Below, in pieces: positions 57,493 through 64,000 of a stretch of 64,000 nucleotides of DNA. The notes under the pieces were generated by a model. That model did not search any database. It was not told the DNA's origin and saw nothing but the letters and a program-made list of their open reading frames with translations. Position 1 is the first letter of the stretch, and each line of letters opens with the position of its first letter. The DNA comes from a virus (lineage: Duplodnaviria > Caudoviricetes). The stretch is taken from IMG/VR virus record IMGVR_UViG_3300031151_000426. The stretch is one strand, 5' to 3'. A program made the position numbers and the translations under genes.

Positions 57493-57518
57493 TTTTGTCT
57501 CCTGTACTTTCAGGAGAT

Positions 57519-57591
57519 ATTACATATTGTATTTGAAATTATCAAGAATATATTACAGAATGTGCATTGAAACCTTATCACATACTGTAAT
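57519..57591. promoter_or_regulatory. OR operators of prophage 2 (ATTAC-N5-GTAAT type)
   Basis: Copies at 57519, 57552 and 57577; a perfect copy at pL, 58400-58414. Confidence 0.7.
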
Positions 57592-57602
57592 ATTATTGGC
57601 TT

Positions 57603-58262
57603 ATGAAAACAGAATGGTATGAACTGGCGAAAGCCAGAATGTCTGAAGTAGGGATTACCCAAGCCCAATTGTCAGAAGAGTTAGGTATTACCCAAGGTGC
57701 TTTGAGCCACTGGCTTAACGGCAGGAGGTCAGCTTCGCTTGCTGAAATAGGCTCGATTTTCCGAATCCTTGGCATCGTTGGAGCAACGCTCAACCTAGAC
57801 GGTTCCTTCACCATAGGATCTAGTCAGCTTTCCGAGCCACCCAAGCCTCATTTCGAATACCCTGTTTTCTCTCACGTTCAGGCTGGTATGTTTTCACCAG
57901 AGTTCAGAACTTTCACTGAGCGGGATGCTGAGAACTGGGTGAGCACGACTAAAAAAGCCAGTGAGAATGCCTTTTGGCTTGAGGTTGACGGTCATTCTAT
58001 GACGGCCCCTACAGGCTCGCGTCCGAGCTTCCCTGAAGGCATGCTTATCTTGGTTGACCCAGAAGCACCTGTTGACCCGGGCGACTTCTGTATCGCTCGC
58101 CTTGGAGGTGATGAATTCACATTTAAGAAGCTGATAAAGGATGGTGGGCAGACCTTCCTTCAGCCACTTAACCCTCAATTTCCAATGATACCTTGCAACG
58201 AGCATTGCAGATTGGTAGGAAAAGTAGTCGCATCTCAATGGCCTGAAGACACTTTCAGCTAA
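57603..58262 (+). CDS. cI: CI repressor (lambda-like)
   Basis: HTH, VQAG.F cleavage site, G.SM.AP.G..PSFP.G and TFKKL. Confidence 0.93.
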   Translation: MKTEWYELAKARMSEVGITQAQLSEELGITQGALSHWLNGRRSASLAEIGSIFRILGIVGATLNLDGSFTIGSSQLSEPPKPHFEYPVFSHVQAGMFSPEFRTFTERDAENWVSTTKKASENAFWLEVDGHSMTAPTGSRPSFPEGMLILVDPEAPVDPGDFCIARLGGDEFTFKKLIKDGGQTFLQPLNPQFPMIPCNEHCRLVGKVVASQWPEDTFS

Positions 58263-58282
58263 AACAATATGTTAACTATTTG

Positions 58283-58306
58283 AACCCGGCTAATGCCGGG
58301 TTTTTT
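58283..58306 (+). terminator. cI terminator
   Basis: ACCCGGC-TAAT-GCCGGGT plus T-run. Confidence 0.85.
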
Positions 58307-58447
58307 GTCTCTGCTATTCCCCATTAAATAAATACACTTTGAAATCATAAGCTTTAACCAAATAATCAAGTTTTATTTCATTTTGTATAGACAATCGTGA
58401 TTACGTTTTGTAATATCATCTCATCGGCAAACAACGGAGCCAATGAG

Positions 58448-58741
58448 ATGAACATAACCCCCCAACCAAAACCAGCAAGCCAGGCATTTGATATTCACGC
58501 CAAGCTTAAATCAGCCAATTCACATTGGTCTTATTGCTATACTGTGCAGCCTTGCGAGAAAGGATTTAATTACCAATTTAATACGACATTTGTTGGTGAG
58601 ATGGAGTTCGCCGTTTACGAACGCATCGATAACTATTTCGTCCTGGTTGATTTCTTCAAGTCATATGAAGAAGCATGTGATGATGCTAAAAAAATCATTG
58701 ATGACCATCCTGACATTAAGAAAATGTTCTCTGCTATTTAA
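58448..58741 (+). CDS. Hypothetical first pL protein
   Basis: GGAG SD, downstream of the pL operator. Confidence 0.65.
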   Translation: MNITPQPKPASQAFDIHAKLKSANSHWSYCYTVQPCEKGFNYQFNTTFVGEMEFAVYERIDNYFVLVDFFKSYEEACDDAKKIIDDHPDIKKMFSAI

Positions 58742-58808
58742 CTAACTAATTAACTCAATGAATCATAATTAACACCTTTTAGGGTGGGGGAAAACTCACC
58801 CTGAGGAA

Positions 58809-59201
58809 ATGAAAATGCAAAATGCTATCGCGATTAATCAGCCAATAAAAACTCATCAAATGCTGTTCGGTTCAGACAATATTAATGACTTTGGCAACCG
58901 GGTTCAGAGCTGCCGGATGGAAGGTGATTCAATGCAGCCGACCATCGAACCATGTGAGGTTGTGGCGTTCGTTGATTGCGGTGGCCGTGCGCTCACTCCT
59001 GGCATTTATGTTTATACGATGGATGTTTTCAGTCGCCCATGTCTGTTCATTAAGAGAATAGAGCCATTAGTTTGTGGTTCGTTGAAAATTATTTCTGACA
59101 ACCATCATTACGAAACATTCACCCTCAACACCGATGAACTGAAAGATATCAAAATTCACGGTCGGGTAGTCGCTTCTTTGGCAGTGAGGCGCTTCGTATG
59201 A
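58809..59201 (+). CDS. Stand-alone S24 peptidase-domain protein
   Basis: GDSM.PT, G.YV, IKRI, SDN..Y and I.GRVV; no HTH. Confidence 0.85.
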   Translation: MKMQNAIAINQPIKTHQMLFGSDNINDFGNRVQSCRMEGDSMQPTIEPCEVVAFVDCGGRALTPGIYVYTMDVFSRPCLFIKRIEPLVCGSLKIISDNHHYETFTLNTDELKDIKIHGRVVASLAVRRFV

Positions 59202-59305
59202 CTTTCATCAAGGATAAAACGGCATACAGAACAGCATGCCTTTATGCGGCTTGTGGTTACGAGGTAATCGCTCGCCTTTACCTCAAGAAAGCTTATGGGT
59301 ACTAA
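59198..59305 (+). CDS. Small protein (35 aa)
   Basis: ATGA coupling; MTFIKDKTAYRTACLYAACGYEVIARLYLKKAYGY. Confidence 0.5.
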   Translation: MTFIKDKTAYRTACLYAACGYEVIARLYLKKAYGY

Positions 59306-59307
59306 CT

Positions 59308-59661
59308 ATGAATATTATCGATACCTACCGACGCCGAATTGCCACTGAGGCATTGGCGCGACTCCAGCGTAAGACTGGAGGAAATTTACTGATTATAAAA
59401 CTGCCCGATAACAAAATTGAAACCGTAGAAGTAAATAAGAATTTCATGCTTCAGTTGTTATTACGGTTTGAAGGGTTAACTCGCGCCGGGCTTAGCAGAT
59501 ATGAGGGTGATACCACCATCAAGACCGCATATCAAAATGCCATAGGGATTAATAAACACACCGAATACCTGACTGATTCAGGGAAATTAATTATCGACGA
59601 ACTTCTGAACGAGGTTGTTGATTACGTGAAAAAGAAACACGCAAGTGGAGGAATTAATTGA
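59308..59661 (+). CDS. Hypothetical protein
   Basis: Operon continuity. Confidence 0.65.
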   Translation: MNIIDTYRRRIATEALARLQRKTGGNLLIIKLPDNKIETVEVNKNFMLQLLLRFEGLTRAGLSRYEGDTTIKTAYQNAIGINKHTEYLTDSGKLIIDELLNEVVDYVKKKHASGGIN

Positions 59662-60164
59662 TGGCAGTAAATAACGAAAACATCAAGCAGCTTGTCGCCA
59701 GATTGAAAGATATCCACGAAAGGACCGGTATGAATTTCCCTGCATGGATGATGGATGAAAATCGCAGTGGAGACCATGAGTTGACTGCTGCTGAACAGCA
59801 AGAGTGGGCTGAAATCATTTGTGAGTCCATGCGCGGAACTGTCGCTCTCCTCTACCTGATTGAATGCGAAAAACGCTGGGGGCTTCGTGAAGGTGAGTAT
59901 GTGTTCAAAAGTGAAGAGGAAGTTTTAGGTCTTACAAGGGTGCTGATTGAGAACGTTTTGATCAAGTACGTGGAAGAAGACCTTCTCCAGCACAAGCCAA
60001 TGGAGCGCTATATGGCCGTGTTCCAGTTCTACTGTGCAAATGACCAGCGCGTTCAAGCAGGTGAAGCGTCATGGTTCAACGAATTCCTGGATGGGATTTT
60101 TTTAGATGTCGCGCGCCGGTTGCGTGCCGGTGAAAAGCCTCCAGTAAAACCAATTTTGCATTAA
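59658..60164 (+). CDS. Hypothetical protein
   Basis: GGAGG SD; coupled. Confidence 0.7.
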   Translation: MMAVNNENIKQLVARLKDIHERTGMNFPAWMMDENRSGDHELTAAEQQEWAEIICESMRGTVALLYLIECEKRWGLREGEYVFKSEEEVLGLTRVLIENVLIKYVEEDLLQHKPMERYMAVFQFYCANDQRVQAGEASWFNEFLDGIFLDVARRLRAGEKPPVKPILH

Positions 60165-60176
60165 GGAGAAACGAAA

Positions 60177-61037
60177 ATGGCAATGAAAACTGAACTAGCA
60201 CCAGTAGCGGCTCGTGATTTGCAGATTATCGAATATCGCGGTCAACGCGTTGTGACCACTGAGCAGTTGGCTGCTGGTTATGGCACGGACGTGAACAATA
60301 TTACGGTCAACTATCACCGCAACCAAGACCGCTTTGCTGAGGGCAAACATTACTTTGACGTCCAGGGGGAAGAGCTTCGCGAAATGAAGAACTGGATATC
60401 TTTAAGTAATGCAGTTGGTAAGCGAGCCCGCAGCCTGCGTCTTTGGACCGAACGTGGTGCGGCCAACCACGCGAAGATGCTGGAAACCGATCAGTCGTGG
60501 GACTACTACAACGATCTGACCGAGTTCTATTTCACTAACCGTGAAGTAGTTGCTCTGCCTACGCCGGCAACCATCTCCCGTAAAGAACTGGCACTGATGG
60601 TGATTGAGGCAGAGGAACGTGCCGAAGCCGCTGCGCTGGAAAACAAAACGCTCAGTGCCACCGTTGAGAGCCTGGAGAAACACTTCACCAAAGGCATGAC
60701 GATCCCTGCATTCTGTAAGGGTCTGAACGGCGTGAACGTCAGCAAAATGTCATGGTGGGCTTATGAGCGCAACTGGCTCTACAACGCCCAACGAGATCCG
60801 GAGAAAAGCCCGAAGTGGCGCGTTGCTTCCTATGCCCGCGACAAATATCTGACCGAGGACGAAACGCAGATCACCCCGCACGGCTCCGACGAGTTTACCC
60901 GGTTCACTCCAGTGCTGCTGGAGAACGGTTGTCACCGTCTATATCAGCTCTACATGAAAGGCGAACTGCCGATGAAAAAGACCTGGAATGGTGAATACAG
61001 CCACGATAAAGCCCTTTATACGCCGGAGGAAAAGTAA
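60177..61037 (+). CDS. ORF6N/KilA-N-type antirepressor-like protein
   Basis: IEYRGQRVVT..QLA..YG...N..RF.EGKHY and LWTERGA..HAKML.TD. Confidence 0.85.
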   Translation: MAMKTELAPVAARDLQIIEYRGQRVVTTEQLAAGYGTDVNNITVNYHRNQDRFAEGKHYFDVQGEELREMKNWISLSNAVGKRARSLRLWTERGAANHAKMLETDQSWDYYNDLTEFYFTNREVVALPTPATISRKELALMVIEAEERAEAAALENKTLSATVESLEKHFTKGMTIPAFCKGLNGVNVSKMSWWAYERNWLYNAQRDPEKSPKWRVASYARDKYLTEDETQITPHGSDEFTRFTPVLLENGCHRLYQLYMKGELPMKKTWNGEYSHDKALYTPEEK

Positions 61038-61297
61038 TGAAACTGCTTCCCTGCCCGCTTTGCGGAAATGATGAAATAGATTTGGATGCTGTGATGTATG
61101 AGGGAGAACGAATGTTTGTGGTCCGCTGCGATTGTTGCAGTGTAAATCTGTCTCCGCAAGACCGAGAAATGGCTATGGCCATCTGGAACCAGCGAGCACC
61201 ACGACCAGCACGAGCGACAGAGTCATACCAAATTCTTGAGCACCCATCAGTTGGGCGATTTCAGATAATTAAGCTAGAGGGCGATGAGTATGAATAG
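61037..61297 (+). CDS. Lar-like (restriction alleviation) zinc-finger protein
   Basis: LLPCPLCG...C..C...A...WN.R. Confidence 0.7.
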   Translation: MKLLPCPLCGNDEIDLDAVMYEGERMFVVRCDCCSVNLSPQDREMAMAIWNQRAPRPARATESYQILEHPSVGRFQIIKLEGDEYE

Positions 61298-61709
61298 TGA
61301 TATCTGGACACCAGCTCGATCACTCTTGGAGGCCCATCAAAGGGCCTTAACATGGGTGTGTGATGCCTATCTGTTCCACTTGGTCTGCATGCATAGACGC
61401 CCAGTGTACCGCCATCAGTACGGCGATATTTCGCTAGACCAGCCAGCGGTTAAGGGGTTTATCGACTCCTATCTGGAAGATAAAGGCTGGGATATGGATC
61501 GTCGCCGTGCACATTACATCAATATGCTCGATCTCATCGCCTATATGAGCCGAAAAAATTCAGACTTTATCGACTGGGGAACGGTACCTGCGCTAACCCC
61601 ACGGGGCATCCGCTGGATGAATGCCTGTTTTTCAAGACTTGGTGAAATGGTGAACAGTTATGGCGGATGGGAAGGCTACATCACTGCTACTAAGGAAGGT
61701 GCTGAATGA
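61284..61709 (+). CDS. Hypothetical protein
   Basis: Operon continuity. Confidence 0.65.
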   Translation: MSMNSDIWTPARSLLEAHQRALTWVCDAYLFHLVCMHRRPVYRHQYGDISLDQPAVKGFIDSYLEDKGWDMDRRRAHYINMLDLIAYMSRKNSDFIDWGTVPALTPRGIRWMNACFSRLGEMVNSYGGWEGYITATKEGAE

Positions 61710-61831
61710 AAAAAATCTTTGATCTGGTGCTAATTACCTTCGTGTTCTTCAGCATCGCTGGCATGGGGGTTACAGCAGGGTTCTTCTGCTTTATTACCGT
61801 ATGCAAACTTCTTTGGAGGATTGTTGGATGA
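61706..61831 (+). CDS. Small membrane protein (41 aa)
   Basis: ATGA overlaps on both sides; MKKIFDLVLITFVFFSIAGMGVTAGFFCFITVCKLLWRIVG. Confidence 0.55.
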   Translation: MKKIFDLVLITFVFFSIAGMGVTAGFFCFITVCKLLWRIVG

Positions 61832-62184
61832 AAGCTAACTCCATTGATGTTAACCAACTGGTCACAATAAACGATCACCTGCAGGCGCTGGTAACTGCTG
61901 AAGATGTCATTGCCAGTATCAGCTCGCAGCTTGAAACCGTTATCGATAACGAATACGGCTGGCGGCACAGGGCTAATGTAGCTCTGGTTAAGTGGCAGAA
62001 CACACGGAAACGCATTACTGCCCGCCTGGCCGTACTGCGTCAACTGGAGCGAGAGAAAAATATTGAGCGTCAAAAATCGCGGGATGAATTGCTCATCAGA
62101 GCCCTGAGAAATGAGGTATCAGCTGAAGTTTTTCGCCGTTGCTGTGAGTCTGTAGAAAGGGAAAAGGAGGTGTGTGGTGACTGA
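61828..62184 (+). CDS. Hypothetical coiled-coil protein
   Basis: GGAGG SD before MKANS. Confidence 0.65.
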   Translation: MKANSIDVNQLVTINDHLQALVTAEDVIASISSQLETVIDNEYGWRHRANVALVKWQNTRKRITARLAVLRQLEREKNIERQKSRDELLIRALRNEVSAEVFRRCCESVEREKEVCGD

Positions 62185-62509
62185 ATCCAATCTGTTCGAG
62201 CTGGTTAAATTGATTAAATCTGCTGCCGGTGATCCATCGGCAATGACAGATGCTATCTGGGAGGCTGGTTATCGCCAGCCTGAACGGACTGCCGAGGAAG
62301 CGGCGCAGATAACTATCGACACGTTCTTCTACTGCAACTCCTACGATATGCCCACTGAATTCTGGCCGCGCAACTATGACAGCGTTCTCCAGAATGAACT
62401 GATGAAAGCAGTGATCGGTGAAGATGGTGAGCTTGACGGCACTGATGCGGCAATCATCGCTAAAAACGTAATCAGCGCGGGATTCAGCAAGGAGGCGACC
62501 AATGGGTGA
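62174..62509 (+). CDS. Hypothetical protein
   Basis: AGGAGG SD. Confidence 0.65.
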   Translation: MVTESNLFELVKLIKSAAGDPSAMTDAIWEAGYRQPERTAEEAAQITIDTFFYCNSYDMPTEFWPRNYDSVLQNELMKAVIGEDGELDGTDAAIIAKNVISAGFSKEATNG

Positions 62510-62738
62510 AATGGTTGACATAAACGACGAACTGGTTCGCTCAGTCGTCACCGTTGACGATGGCCGGGACTATACCGCACAGCTGGTATGGAGGATGGGT
62601 AACCGCAGAGATATGCGTAATGGTATTTCAGTACCGATCCCTCCAGCGCCAAAGGTTTCAGCAGTGCGAGTTGAAGCGAAGAGAAAGCCCCGGAAACGGG
62701 GTTATCGGGTAGTTCAGAAAGCGATTGGTTCAGTGTGA
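62502..62738 (+). CDS. Hypothetical protein
   Basis: AGGAGG SD. Confidence 0.6.
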   Translation: MGEMVDINDELVRSVVTVDDGRDYTAQLVWRMGNRRDMRNGISVPIPPAPKVSAVRVEAKRKPRKRGYRVVQKAIGSV

Positions 62739-62747
62739 GGTGGAAGT

Positions 62748-62975
62748 ATGAACAACGAAACAGACATTATCTCTGACGCTGATATTGAAAAGTTGACCGG
62801 TTATAAAATACCGTCTAAGCAATGCGAAAGCTTGCGTGATGCTGGAATATTTTTTATAACGAGGCGCGATGGACGCCCTCGCACAACGTGGGCGCATTTC
62901 AACAATCCGCTTTCTCACCGACAGAAAGCTATTGATGCTAACGGGCCTCAGCCTAACTTTGGAGCTCTTGACTAA
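62748..62975 (+). CDS. Excisionase-like protein (DUF4224)
   Basis: LTGY..PSKQ...L...GIFF..RRDGRP; paralogue of 23626-23853. Confidence 0.85.
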   Translation: MNNETDIISDADIEKLTGYKIPSKQCESLRDAGIFFITRRDGRPRTTWAHFNNPLSHRQKAIDANGPQPNFGALD

Positions 62976-64000
62976 TGCCACGCGCACGTAAAAACAAAGA
63001 CGATGCCTGGATGCCTCCGAGGGTTTACCTCGGGCGTTCAGCCTTTGAGTACCACCCAAAAGGAGGCGGAAACATCCGCCTTTGTGATAAGACCTGTACA
63101 CAGGCTCAGGTCTGGACAGCATGGGAAGCCCTGATTAATGACAGGCCGGATGAGTCAACACTTTCTGGACTGATTGATAAATTTTTCCAGTCTGGAGATT
63201 TTTTTGAACTGGCCGCTGAAACACAGAAGGATTACCGCAAATACTCCAAAAAGATAATCGATGTTTTCGGGCAGATGCCACCAGACAGCATTAAGCCTGA
63301 ACACGTACGTAAATACCTTGATAAACGTGGCGTAAAGAGTCGAACCCAAGCCAATCGGGAAAAGGCTTTTATGTCACGCGTGTATCGCTGGGCTTACGAA
63401 CGCGGCTATGCCAAGGGAAACCCCACAAAAGGGGTTAAGCAATTTAAAGAGACTGGCCGGGATCGCTATATCACGCACGAAGAGTACAACGCCTTATTTA
63501 GCGTTTCTCCCGATGTGGTGCGTGTTGCTATGGAGCTGGCCTATCTGTGCTGCGCACGTCAAAACGACGTCCTTGAGATGAAGAAAAGCCAGCTTATGGC
63601 TGAAGGAATACTGATTAAGCAGAGCAAAACTGCAGTCGCGCAGATAAAAGCCTGGTCAGACAGACTGAGAGCAGCAATTGACCTTGCCAAAGCCCTTCCC
63701 CTCAACGAGGGTATGAGCAGCCTGTTTATTCTTCATCAACCTACCGGGCACAAATACACCCGCGATGGTTTCAACAGCCGATGGAGAAAGGCCAAAGAAG
63801 AAGCGCGGATCAAATACCCGCACTTGAGTTTTGACTTCACATTTCATGACCTGAAAGCAAAAGGCATCTCAGACCTGCAAGGGAATATTTACGAGAAACA
63901 GGCTATCTCAGGACACAAAAACGTGGAGCAAACAGCACGGTATGATCGCAAAATTGCTGTAGTTCCGGTTGTTGGTGGTCAATATAATATTATGAAGTGA
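62975..64000 (+). CDS. int: Tyrosine integrase of prophage 2
   Basis: Close paralogue of the prophage 1 integrase (CARQ, QSKT, FHDLKAKG, SGH, ARY); stop codon at 63998-64000. Confidence 0.93.
   Translation: MPRARKNKDDAWMPPRVYLGRSAFEYHPKGGGNIRLCDKTCTQAQVWTAWEALINDRPDESTLSGLIDKFFQSGDFFELAAETQKDYRKYSKKIIDVFGQMPPDSIKPEHVRKYLDKRGVKSRTQANREKAFMSRVYRWAYERGYAKGNPTKGVKQFKETGRDRYITHEEYNALFSVSPDVVRVAMELAYLCCARQNDVLEMKKSQLMAEGILIKQSKTAVAQIKAWSDRLRAAIDLAKALPLNEGMSSLFILHQPTGHKYTRDGFNSRWRKAKEEARIKYPHLSFDFTFHDLKAKGISDLQGNIYEKQAISGHKNVEQTARYDRKIAVVPVVGGQYNIMK

Overview
The window is all prophage: two lambdoid-type temperate phages of an enterobacterial (probably Enterobacter-like) host, inserted in tandem and in the same orientation at a tRNA-Leu(TAA)/leuZ site. 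A 57-bp 3' tRNA fragment at 24990-25046 marks their junction. Prophage 1 (<1-~25.0 kb) is an HK97-like cos phage. Its visible part runs from integrase/xis through the pL operon, cI/cro, replication, a nin-like region (TGT/DpdA-like protein, MT-A70 methylase, LexA-like HTH, RusA), Q-like gene, lysis, a two-gene glycosyltransferase module, HNH, cos, terminases and portal to the protease. Prophage 2 (~25.0-64.0 kb, nearly complete) has a contractile tail with a DUF1073/DUF2213/DUF2184-type head, an SOS-controlled dinI operon and an acyltransferase moron. The most striking unexplained signal is in the prophage 2 packaging module: two 28-bp XerC/XerD (dif/psi-like) sites (43919-43946 and 47796-47823) in direct orientation, with different spacers, each flanked by about 150 bp of non-coding DNA. 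They bracket terL-portal-head morphogenesis. An extra intact tyrosine recombinase and a candidate core site sit just upstream of terS, and no Red/Erf/RecT-type recombinase is evident. I propose, as inference only, site-specific circularisation or multimer control of headful-packaged DNA, analogous to P1 lox/Cre but using host XerCD. Other candidates are a late-expressed (virion?) glycosylation module, a HEPN-like moron, a stand-alone S24 domain and a promoter-plus-terminator sRNA. All family assignments come from motifs read by eye and from synteny; no searches were run.
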